Of a stretch of 53,827 nt of DNA, positions 46,396 through 53,827 are shown piece by piece (positions within the stretch are counted from its first letter, which is position 1; each line of letters opens with the position of its first letter). Position numbers and translations under genes: made by a program. Source of the stretch: a virus (lineage: Duplodnaviria > Caudoviricetes); the IMG/VR virus record IMGVR_UViG_3300031694_000009, positions 1 through 53,827 of that record, one strand, 5' to 3'. Under the pieces are notes generated by a model that was given only the letters and a program-made list of their open reading frames with translations, did no database searches and was not told the DNA's origin.

Positions 46396-47905
46396 GATCT
46401 TTGGGCCCCCGGGAACAGGCAAGACCACCACGCTGTTAAACATGGTCGATGACGCCTTAGAAGCGGGCACACACCCGCACCGCATAGCCTTCCTAGCATT
46501 TACGCGCAAGGCAGCAACCGAAGCCAAAGAACGAGCGGCTGAACGTTTTAATCTCAACCCCAAAACAGACTTAATCTACTTCCGTACACTTCATTCTCTC
46601 GCCCTGACGATGACGGACATTAGGCCCGAACAAGTGATGCAAGAGGCCCACTTCCGAGAGTTGAGTCGGTCAATAGGTGTCACGCTCGGCGGATCAAAAG
46701 CAGGCAGCTTCGACGACGACATACCTTCTATGGTTGCCAGTAACGATCCCGTTCTCGGACTGATCAACCTAGCTCGCTTGAGACAGGTATCGCTGCGAGA
46801 CCAGTACAACCATAGCGACATCGACAGTGACTGGAACACCGTCAATTACGTGGACAAGTGTCTCCGTGAATACAAAGACAGTATGGGTCTGTACGACTTC
46901 ACCGACATGTTGGCGGAGTTCGTTAAAGGCTCCGACGTGTTCTGCCCCGAGTTCGACCTGTGCTTCCTAGACGAGGCGCAGGACTTAAGTCCACTGCAAT
47001 GGGAACTGGCTCACGCTATCGATGGTCACTCCAAGCGTATGTACTGTGCCGGAGACGACGACCAAGCTATCTATCGATGGGCGGGTGCCGATGTGGATCA
47101 CTTCATTAACTTGCCGGGCGGGTCTGAAACATTGTCTCAGTCCTACCGTATACCTAAACTGGTTCACAGCCTCGCGGAGAGTGTCGTGCGTCGTATTACA
47201 CGTCGTTTCCCCAAGAGCTACGAGCCAAAAAAAGAATTAGGTAACGTGACGCGGATTAATAGTATCGCGGCACTAGACATGTCCGAAGGGTCATGGCTAA
47301 TATTAGCGCAAGCGGGTTATCACCTACAGCCCGTGGCGAGTGACCTCAAGTCGAGCGGACACCTGTTCAACTACCGCGGACATCGGAGCATTAGCGAGAA
47401 GCTGTCCGACGCGGTCAACGGTTGGGAGCAGCTGCGCAAAGGCAAAGAGATCACCGGGGAAGTTGCTCGGAAGATATACAGCTTTATGTCGACAGGGACA
47501 CGTGTGGTCCGGGGCTATAAAAAGCTAACAGGCCTCGATGATCACGACCTGATCACCATGGGTACCTTAGTTGACAGCTACGGCTTGAAAGCGGATAAGA
47601 CAATGATCTGGTCCGAAGCCATGGACAAACTCCCGGAGACAGATCGAGCCTATATCACGGCACTGTTACGGCGGGGCGAGAAGTTTAATGGCATACCCCG
47701 TATTACGGCGTCCACGATCCACGGATCAAAAGGGGGAGAGGCGGATAACGTTGTGTTGTTCACGGACCTAAGCCCGGCCGCCGATAACGAGATGAGACTT
47801 AATCCAGATGATATGCACCGCGTGTTTTACGTAGGTTTAACACGCACGAAACAAAACCTATTTATTGTTGATGCCGAAGATGTGACGAGGAGTTACGAAT
47901 TATGA
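46388..47905 (+). CDS. UvrD/Rep-like SF1 helicase
   Basis: GPPGTGKT, LDEAQD, GDDDQAIY, QSYR, TIHGSKGGE, FYVGLTR. Confidence 0.95.
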   Translation: MFRIFGPPGTGKTTTLLNMVDDALEAGTHPHRIAFLAFTRKAATEAKERAAERFNLNPKTDLIYFRTLHSLALTMTDIRPEQVMQEAHFRELSRSIGVTLGGSKAGSFDDDIPSMVASNDPVLGLINLARLRQVSLRDQYNHSDIDSDWNTVNYVDKCLREYKDSMGLYDFTDMLAEFVKGSDVFCPEFDLCFLDEAQDLSPLQWELAHAIDGHSKRMYCAGDDDQAIYRWAGADVDHFINLPGGSETLSQSYRIPKLVHSLAESVVRRITRRFPKSYEPKKELGNVTRINSIAALDMSEGSWLILAQAGYHLQPVASDLKSSGHLFNYRGHRSISEKLSDAVNGWEQLRKGKEITGEVARKIYSFMSTGTRVVRGYKKLTGLDDHDLITMGTLVDSYGLKADKTMIWSEAMDKLPETDRAYITALLRRGEKFNGIPRITASTIHGSKGGEADNVVLFTDLSPAADNEMRLNPDDMHRVFYVGLTRTKQNLFIVDAEDVTRSYEL

Positions 47906-48081
47906 AAGAGTTAAAAAAAACGACGTGGAAAGAGTGGGTAAGCAATGTCGCCCAAGATGTGAAAGAAGACCCTATGTTTGCTTCGGCGGGGAAAACGACA
48001 ACGGAGGGCCTAACATTTGATTGGGACAGCGACGCGAATGACTACGTGGCAACAGGCCACCTCAATAAGAAAGTTCACTGA
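47902..48081 (+). CDS. 59-aa hypothetical protein ending KKVH, below cutoff
   Basis: Hand translation; GAGGAG RBS; ATGA overlap. Confidence 0.65.
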   Translation: MKELKKTTWKEWVSNVAQDVKEDPMFASAGKTTTEGLTFDWDSDANDYVATGHLNKKVH

Positions 48082-48093
48082 AGGGGGAACATA

Positions 48094-48342
48094 ATGCTGA
48101 GAGCAGACGGTTTTAACGACGCCATCATGGGGGTTGTCCAAAGGTTCGGGCAAGAGGCTGTGATTCTGTATGACACCGACAAGCTTCTGGACATATTAGT
48201 CACACGTGACGAGATGACCTATGAAGAGGCGGTAGAGTTTTTCGAGTTCAACATTCTAGGTTCATGGGTCGGGGAAGAAACACCGGCCTTCTTTTCAAAA
48301 TCCAGCTTAGAAGACTTACTAGACGAAGAGGGTTTGATATGA
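48094..48342 (+). CDS. conserved phage protein
   Basis: ADGFNDAIMG...MTYEEAVEFFEFNILGSWVGE.TP. Confidence 0.8.
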   Translation: MLRADGFNDAIMGVVQRFGQEAVILYDTDKLLDILVTRDEMTYEEAVEFFEFNILGSWVGEETPAFFSKSSLEDLLDEEGLI

Positions 48343-48527
48343 ACGGAACAATGAAAGCAGAAGCAAATCGCACCCCAAGCCAACTAGACCAAGCTATTGC
48401 TCTTGTTGAGGAGTACACAACCCAATGCACTCAAGTCGAATCAGAGAGCCATCAATCAGATACAGGAAAATTAGTAGCATCAATCACTATCTTGAAGTTA
48501 CTTAAAGCACTAAAGGAGACACAATGA
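48339..48527 (+). CDS. hypothetical protein
   Basis: start reassigned to the ATGA overlap at 48339. Confidence 0.55.
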   Translation: MNGTMKAEANRTPSQLDQAIALVEEYTTQCTQVESESHQSDTGKLVASITILKLLKALKETQ

Positions 48528-48937
48528 TGAGAGAGATTAAATTTAGAGCGTGGAATCCGTTGGTAAGCAAAATGGTTGACCTAAAGCTAAACACCCAGTT
48601 TGCTGTAGGCGATGTTTTTACCGCGATGCAACCAGATGGTCTTTACCTACCTTTGGGTACTGAGTGGATAATTGAACAATACACGGGCCTGAAAGATAAG
48701 AGCGGCGTTGAAATTTACGAGGGCGACATTGTTCGATCTGTTTCTCTGGCGAATGATTGCCACCAAAAAGGCGCAACGGATGATGAGCTGCAAGTGATGT
48801 TTAATTGGGGCAGATTTACGCTGTCTTTGGACGGTGTATCCCACCACGTCCCAATATTTCCGTTCGTGGTTACTTCATCACTTGAAATAATCGGTAACAT
48901 TCATGAAGGCGTTAAAGCACTAAAGGAGACAGCATGA
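48524..48937 (+). CDS. YopX family protein
   Basis: MREIKFRAW...QYTGLKDKSGVEIYEGDIV...EIIGNIHE. Confidence 0.9.
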   Translation: MMREIKFRAWNPLVSKMVDLKLNTQFAVGDVFTAMQPDGLYLPLGTEWIIEQYTGLKDKSGVEIYEGDIVRSVSLANDCHQKGATDDELQVMFNWGRFTLSLDGVSHHVPIFPFVVTSSLEIIGNIHEGVKALKETA

Positions 48938-49218
48938 GCAAAAAGACTGAGTTCAAGGGTATCAAATACCCTGTTATCAAAAACGTAGTGGATCCCATGG
49001 TTGACCAGCCGAGCCACTATGCCAACAGCGACATAGAATGTATTGACGCAATGGTTGCAGCCTTCGGACAAGATAAGGTTAATACCTATGCCGCGATAGC
49101 TGCCTTTAAATACATCTGGCGTATGGACAAAAAAAGTATTGAGTCCACGCAAGATAAACAAAAAGCCGTTTGGTACTTACGGTATTCAATGGGCGACGAC
49201 CCGAGGATTAAAAAATGA
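48934..49218 (+). CDS. DUF3310 family protein (T7 gp1.7-like nucleotide kinase domain)
   Basis: VDQPSHY...IECIDAM...KYIWR...K...QD..KAVWYL. Confidence 0.85.
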   Translation: MSKKTEFKGIKYPVIKNVVDPMVDQPSHYANSDIECIDAMVAAFGQDKVNTYAAIAAFKYIWRMDKKSIESTQDKQKAVWYLRYSMGDDPRIKK

Positions 49219-51107
49219 GTTTACAAATGGCGATGTTTGCGAGAAAGAATGAGTGGGTTCCACCTTTAGAACTACCCGACATTACCGGTGCGTCTAAAAT
49301 TGCAATCGACGTGGAAACACGCGACCCGAACCTTAAGAACAGTGGCCCGGGTTGGCCAACAGGCGACGGGGAAGTGGTTGGTTACGCTGTCGCAATCGAC
49401 GGCTGGTCTTGCTATATACCTATCCGTCACTTCGGGGGCGGTAACCTTGACGAGAAAATCGTCAACCGGTGGCTTAAGAAAGTATTCGAGTGTCCTGCAG
49501 ATAAGATCATGCACAACGCACAATATGACTTGGGTTGGATTAAACAAATGGGGTTCACGGTCAACGGACGTATTATCGATACCATGATCGTCGCCTCACT
49601 GCTTGATGAAAACCGTTTTAGTTACAGTTTGAATGCGCTTTGTTACGATGTACTTAACAAAACGAAGTCGGAGAAAGCGTTAGTCGAGGCTGCCCGGGAG
49701 TTCGGAGTCGATCCCAAAGCTGAGATGTGGAAGATGCCCGCTATGTATGTCGGACCATATGCTGAAGCGGACGCAGAGCTTACCCTTGAACTCTGGAATT
49801 ACTTTTCCGTTAAGATAGGCCAAGAGGACTTGTGGAGCATCGTTAATCTCGAGCTTGACTTGCTGCCATGTCTCGTCGACATGACTATGCGAGGCGTCCG
49901 AGTCGACGTCAACCGGGTAGAGCGAACTAGGGACAGCCTCCTTAAAAGGGAGCGGGATGTCTTGAAGGAGTTGAAGCGAGTCGCGGGCCCGGGCGTTGAA
50001 ATCTGGGCGGCTCAATCGCTTGCAAAGTCCTTCGACAATCTCGGAATCCAATACCCAAAGACCGAGAAAGGCGCACCGTCCTTCACTAAACTCTTCCTGC
50101 AAGAGCATGATCACCCCGTCGCGAAGCTCATCGTCGAGGCGCGGAATCTGAACAAAACATCCGGGACCTTCATCAACTCCATCATGAAACACTGCCACGC
50201 TGATGGTCGAATACATAGTCATGTTAATCAACTCCGGTCTGATGATGGGGGAACTGTGTCGGGACGCATTTCAATGCGCAACCCTAACTTACAGCAAATT
50301 CCGGCGCGAGATCCTATTTATGGACCTATGATTCGTTCACTATTCCTGCCAGAAGAAGGAGACCAGTGGGCGGCGATTGACTTCTCGCAACAAGAACCAC
50401 GGATCTTGGTACATTATGCACATGTATACGGTAAAACGCGAGGAATACCACTAGAGGGTGCGGCGGACTTCGTTACCGCCTATAACGAGAAACCGGAAAC
50501 AGACTTCCATAGTCTAGTGGCCGAGATGGCCAAAATTCCCCGGAAACAGGCCAAGACAATTAACTTGGGTTTGATTTATGGCATGGGTGTTAATAAATTG
50601 GCGGCAGAGCTCGACACCTCCGTCGAGGAAGCCAAGGGCTTGGTCAAGCAATACCACGCCCGCGTACCTTTTGTTAAAGGACTAATGACCGGGGTGATGA
50701 ACCGCCTAAACGATAAGACTTCGGGGGGTGCGTTACGTTCCCTAGAAGGAAGGAAGTGTCGTTTTGATATGTGGGAACCCGATACGTTTGCCATGAACAA
50801 AGCTATGTCGTACAAAGAAGCGGTTGCGGCCTACGGACCAACGACCAGACTCAAACGAGCGTTTACCTATAAAGCACTCAACAGGCTCATCCAAGCATCT
50901 GCCGCGGACATGACTAAGAAAGCAATGGTCAATCTTTATAAGATGGGAAAACTCCCCATGCTGCAGATCCATGATGAACTGGCGATGTCGGTAAAGAACC
51001 TTGAGGAAGCTCAAGAGGTTGCACGGGTAATGGAAAGTGCGGTGCCTTTAGAAGTCCCCAACGTTTGCGACGTGGAAATAGGCCCTTCGTGGGGAGAAGC
51101 GAAATAA
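49215..51107 (+). CDS. polA: family A DNA polymerase with 3'-5' exonuclease
   Basis: DVET/HNAQYD/YAEAD exo motifs; DFSQQEPR motif A, RKQAKTINLGLIYG motif B, QIHDEL motif C. Confidence 0.95.
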   Translation: MSLQMAMFARKNEWVPPLELPDITGASKIAIDVETRDPNLKNSGPGWPTGDGEVVGYAVAIDGWSCYIPIRHFGGGNLDEKIVNRWLKKVFECPADKIMHNAQYDLGWIKQMGFTVNGRIIDTMIVASLLDENRFSYSLNALCYDVLNKTKSEKALVEAAREFGVDPKAEMWKMPAMYVGPYAEADAELTLELWNYFSVKIGQEDLWSIVNLELDLLPCLVDMTMRGVRVDVNRVERTRDSLLKRERDVLKELKRVAGPGVEIWAAQSLAKSFDNLGIQYPKTEKGAPSFTKLFLQEHDHPVAKLIVEARNLNKTSGTFINSIMKHCHADGRIHSHVNQLRSDDGGTVSGRISMRNPNLQQIPARDPIYGPMIRSLFLPEEGDQWAAIDFSQQEPRILVHYAHVYGKTRGIPLEGAADFVTAYNEKPETDFHSLVAEMAKIPRKQAKTINLGLIYGMGVNKLAAELDTSVEEAKGLVKQYHARVPFVKGLMTGVMNRLNDKTSGGALRSLEGRKCRFDMWEPDTFAMNKAMSYKEAVAAYGPTTRLKRAFTYKALNRLIQASAADMTKKAMVNLYKMGKLPMLQIHDELAMSVKNLEEAQEVARVMESAVPLEVPNVCDVEIGPSWGEAK

Positions 51108-51169
51108 CGCGGTTGAACCTTGCATTCTTGCATATGTTCCTATAATATCTTAGATAATTGGAGAGAAAA

Positions 51170-51385
51170 ATGGATACAACACGTTGGAAAAGCATCCTCG
51201 TACCGCGAACCGTGTACGAAGAAATTAAAGAACTGTCAAAAGCCGAAGGCCGTACAATCGGTGGGCAATTACGCCTTGTTTTTGACTGGTATAAAGAAGA
51301 GCAAGGGGGAAGTAATGCCGCTAGAAAGCAAAGAGCCGGGGGAAATACACAAAAGACTGGTAATAAACCAGTGTCCAAAGTGTAA
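51170..51385 (+). CDS. ribbon-helix-helix-like regulator
   Basis: WKSILVP..VYEEIKELSKAEGRTIGGQL; GGAGAG RBS before ATG 51170. Confidence 0.65.
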   Translation: MDTTRWKSILVPRTVYEEIKELSKAEGRTIGGQLRLVFDWYKEEQGGSNAARKQRAGGNTQKTGNKPVSKV

Positions 51386-51506
51386 ATGCACCCTCGATAT
51401 AATTGAAAAAACGGTAGAGACGTTAGTCCGGCGGTGTGGCGCCTGCCGACTCACGATCTCCGACCAGATTGCGGGAGCCGAGTTCCCAATAAGTGTATGC
51501 GATTAA
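51315..51506 (+). CDS. small Zn-ribbon protein
   Basis: CPKC...CGAC; GGGGGA RBS before ATG 51315. Confidence 0.6.
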   Translation: MPLESKEPGEIHKRLVINQCPKCKCTLDIIEKTVETLVRRCGACRLTISDQIAGAEFPISVCD

Positions 51507-51509
51507 GTG

Positions 51510-51537
51510 TTGCTTATCCCATATCACTGTGTATAAT
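51510..51537 (+). promoter_or_regulatory. sigma70-type promoter of the putative sRNA
   Basis: TTGCTT-16-TATAAT; flanked by TATGCGAT/ATCCCATA boxes. Confidence 0.7.
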
Positions 51538-51543
51538 GATACC

Positions 51544-51616
51544 GAGCATGGCAACATGTTCTCCGTAGTTAAGTACCGCCCCGAACTCGGTTGCCCCCGA
51601 GCCGGGGCATTTTTTT
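51544..51616 (+). ncRNA. putative trans-acting antisense sRNA against early-gene leaders
   Basis: promoter, GNRA-capped 5' hairpin, CTCCGTAGTTAAGT linker, terminator with TTGCCC loop and T7 tail; no ORF inside. Confidence 0.7.
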
Positions 51617-51628
51617 ATAAGGAGAGTA

Positions 51629-51841
51629 ATGATGGATAAGATTTTTATAAATGGTCTGATGGCCAAGAAGCCAAACGACAATTCCCCTGAATGGGTTAAG
51701 TGCAATATTAGTATAAAGCGCGAAGAACTTATTGGGTGGCTAACCGAACAAACAGATGAGTGGATCAACGCCCAAGTTTGTGAAAGCAAAGGCGGAAAAT
51801 GGTATGCGGAGGTCGACACGTGGAAGCCGACAAACGGGTAG
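51629..51841 (+). CDS. conserved small phage protein
   Basis: KIFINGL..K.P....PEWVK...ESKGGKWYAEVDTWKP; AAGGAG RBS. Confidence 0.8.
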   Translation: MMDKIFINGLMAKKPNDNSPEWVKCNISIKREELIGWLTEQTDEWINAQVCESKGGKWYAEVDTWKPTNG

Positions 51842-52119
51842 GCAGCGAATCCTCCGAGGATGAGGACAAAGCACAAGCCGACTTCTTCACGGCTGCCAGA
51901 ATGATGGTGTCCGTGCTAGAAGAGTTCGAGTCACAGGAACTGCACGTAGGTGCCTCCGTCGGGGGCGCCCTAACACAGCTTATCTCACACCTTATACAGG
52001 TGTCGCCAGACACCCCAACCGCATTCGGCCTGCTTTCCTCGTGCATGTCAAAAGCTGCTTACCAACACGAAGTACCCACACTGTCCCCCGACCTACCGGA
52101 CGATGGGCGAACACACTGA
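51799..52119 (+). CDS. hypothetical protein
   Basis: helical, ends GRTH; start uncertain. Confidence 0.65.
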   Translation: MVCGGRHVEADKRVGSESSEDEDKAQADFFTAARMMVSVLEEFESQELHVGASVGGALTQLISHLIQVSPDTPTAFGLLSSCMSKAAYQHEVPTLSPDLPDDGRTH

Positions 52120-52185
52120 CGCCACCGTCTGGACACTTAATATACAAGTGCATATACTCATAGCAAAATGAACCCGGAGAACAAC

Positions 52186-52590
52186 ATGAAAAACCTTATC
52201 AGCCTCGACGACGTCTGCCGCAAGGCAAACTGCTCACGACCCACGATCTATCGCCGACTTAAAACAACCGACTTCCCTAAGCCGCAGAAAGTAGCTGCAA
52301 CCGAAGACCGCGGCCCGCGAACCGTTCACCGCTGGGATGGAGACCAAGTCGTGGCGTGGCTGAAAAAAGAAGAGAAGCGCATCAAAGCCCGGGACAAAGC
52401 GCGAGAAAAAGAAGCGTGGCTGCAAAAAGAAAAATGGATCGTCAAAGAAGAATGGGCTGAAAAAGAACGCGCCGGGACAGAAAAACCCGAGACCCTCGTC
52501 ACATGGTACAAGAAAAATGAATTTATTATCCACGCCCTCGTAGGGGGACTACTTGCCGGACTCGCAGTCCAGTTCCTCGGCACCCGATAA
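52186..52590 (+). CDS. AlpA/Xis-like HTH protein with charged linker and C-terminal TM helix
   Basis: LISLDDVCRKANCSRPTIYRRLK..DFPKP...RW....V.AW; CGGAG RBS before ATG 52186. Confidence 0.75.
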   Translation: MKNLISLDDVCRKANCSRPTIYRRLKTTDFPKPQKVAATEDRGPRTVHRWDGDQVVAWLKKEEKRIKARDKAREKEAWLQKEKWIVKEEWAEKERAGTEKPETLVTWYKKNEFIIHALVGGLLAGLAVQFLGTR

Positions 52591-53531
52591 TGCATATACT
52601 GATCATGGCCATAATAATTATATTAGCCCTTATACTGGGCTACGCTCTTTACGGGAAGAAAAAAGATAAACCGACCCAGCACCCCAACCCCTTCCCCACA
52701 ATCGATAAGCCAAGAATGCCGCCCACGGGAAGATATATAATTCTGAATGACTTCCAACACAGTCTCACCTCAACAGGGAGCGGTGACCCAGACTCCGCAC
52801 AAGACTTTGCGTTCCAGATCGCCTTAATGTTCCAACACAGCCTCGTGCCCATAGCCGTCGGCGCCACTTGGATGGAAGGCCAACCCGCAGGCACTATCCC
52901 TCGCAAACTACTTTCCCTTTCAAAACTGGACGTACCTGTCCTTTTAGGATCAGCCAACAAGAGGGGCGGACCGTCCGAGTTAGCCAACTTGATTATCAAC
53001 GAATCCAAGAAGCGCAGTGCCGGGGAGCTTCATCTCGTGGTTGGCGGCACCACCGCCGATATCCGATACGCTTTCCAGAACGGAGCGGATGCACTCAACG
53101 TCATACTCTACCTTACACCCAATACGTGGAACTCCAATAACTCCGAAGGCGCGACCGAGTTCATCATGCGTAAAGCTAAACGAGTCAGTACCATACCACC
53201 CGAGCATTTGTGGCACGACCTCGGCACTAAAGGGGGGAGCCTTAAAATACTAGGCCTAGCTCCCTACGTTTGGATTAACAACAAACGACACAACGCTATG
53301 TGGGAGGCTGGCAACAAAGCCGACAAACTACACCAAATAAGAGCAATGAACACCCAGATGGGATCCACACAGAGTGAACACCCCCTACGAGCAGCGGACT
53401 ACAGACACCTCGCCGACTTCTTTAAGCTGCCCAGCGGTAACCACGACGAAATACACAGACACGTGGATAACGGCATAAAGATACTCGACGGCGTACTGGC
53501 GGCTCGACTAAGCATCTTCGGCGGTCAATAA
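52590..53531 (+). CDS. membrane-anchored protein with nucleoside-hydrolase/DUF1593-like N-terminal motifs
   Basis: N-terminal TM; IILNDF...GDPDSAQD; SELANLIINES...LHLVVGGTTADI. Confidence 0.5.
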   Translation: MHILIMAIIIILALILGYALYGKKKDKPTQHPNPFPTIDKPRMPPTGRYIILNDFQHSLTSTGSGDPDSAQDFAFQIALMFQHSLVPIAVGATWMEGQPAGTIPRKLLSLSKLDVPVLLGSANKRGGPSELANLIINESKKRSAGELHLVVGGTTADIRYAFQNGADALNVILYLTPNTWNSNNSEGATEFIMRKAKRVSTIPPEHLWHDLGTKGGSLKILGLAPYVWINNKRHNAMWEAGNKADKLHQIRAMNTQMGSTQSEHPLRAADYRHLADFFKLPSGNHDEIHRHVDNGIKILDGVLAARLSIFGGQ

Positions 53532-53560
53532 CCAACCACTTAAATACGAAAGGCTACAAC

Positions 53561-53695
53561 ATGAAAAAACTTACAATCATTAGACATAAATTTGTCGGAA
53601 TCGGCGTTGGATGGGAAAAATATAGAAATGGTTATGCCATCACAATATCGCTACCACTGCTGGCGGTTTGCATAATGGTGGGCGACTGGCGGTAA
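53561..53695 (+). CDS. 44-aa hydrophobic peptide, below cutoff
   Basis: Hand translation MKKLTIIRHKFVGIGVGWEKY...; AAAGG RBS. Confidence 0.55.
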   Translation: MKKLTIIRHKFVGIGVGWEKYRNGYAITISLPLLAVCIMVGDWR

Positions 53696-53827
53696 ATAAT
53701 GAACCACCCCACCTCAGCGTAGGGTACAAGCCTTTTAACGCCGCAGCGGGCAAACGCGGCACGAGACAAAGAGATTAGCGTGGGAGCCACGGTTGTCCAC
53801 AAAGGCATTTTGCTATAAACTGGCTTT
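53693..53827. repeat. Terminal direct repeat (right copy)
   Basis: matches 1-135 with one mismatch. Confidence 0.95.

Noticed and set aside
51423-51557. Minus-strand 44-codon ORF behind the inverted ACTTAACTACGGAG
   Set aside because: SD-ATG spacing is only 3 nt, it overlaps a plus-strand gene, and promoter and U-tail polarity point to a plus-strand RNA; kept only as the refuting alternative
1-53827. Numerous antisense ORFs in the track; tRNA genes; alternative genetic code
   Set aside because: Antisense ORFs shadow real genes; no cloverleaf seen; core genes are intact under code 11

Overview
Apparently complete, circularly permuted genome (~53.7 kb; bases 1-135 recur at 53693-53827 with one mismatch) of a tailed dsDNA phage with podovirus-type architecture. 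Gene order resembles marine HTVC023P-type/CRP-901-like phages; this is from recognition and was not searched. Order: terS, nuclease, an array of self-contained early-gene cassettes (1.7-7.4 kb), a repeat-rich non-coding block with a perfect parS palindrome, terL, portal, lysis genes, GroES, scaffold, major capsid, tail adaptors, fibre, nozzle and ejection proteins. A replication module follows (SNF2 helicase, SSB, AEP primase, UvrD, PolA with Leu762), then small regulators. No integrase, RNA polymerase, tRNA, CRISPR array or reverse transcriptase was seen. Top observation: a stand-alone ~73-nt small RNA gene (51544-51616) with its own promoter and terminator. Its single-stranded linker is the reverse complement of the ribosome-binding leader shared by the early cassettes. 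Its terminator loop (UUGCCC) is complementary to the GGGCAA loop of the 5' hairpin in three of those leaders. This is a candidate two-site, trans-acting antisense RNA that could silence a whole early regulon. Second: a host-type parS with no phage parAB, located in the terL leader.
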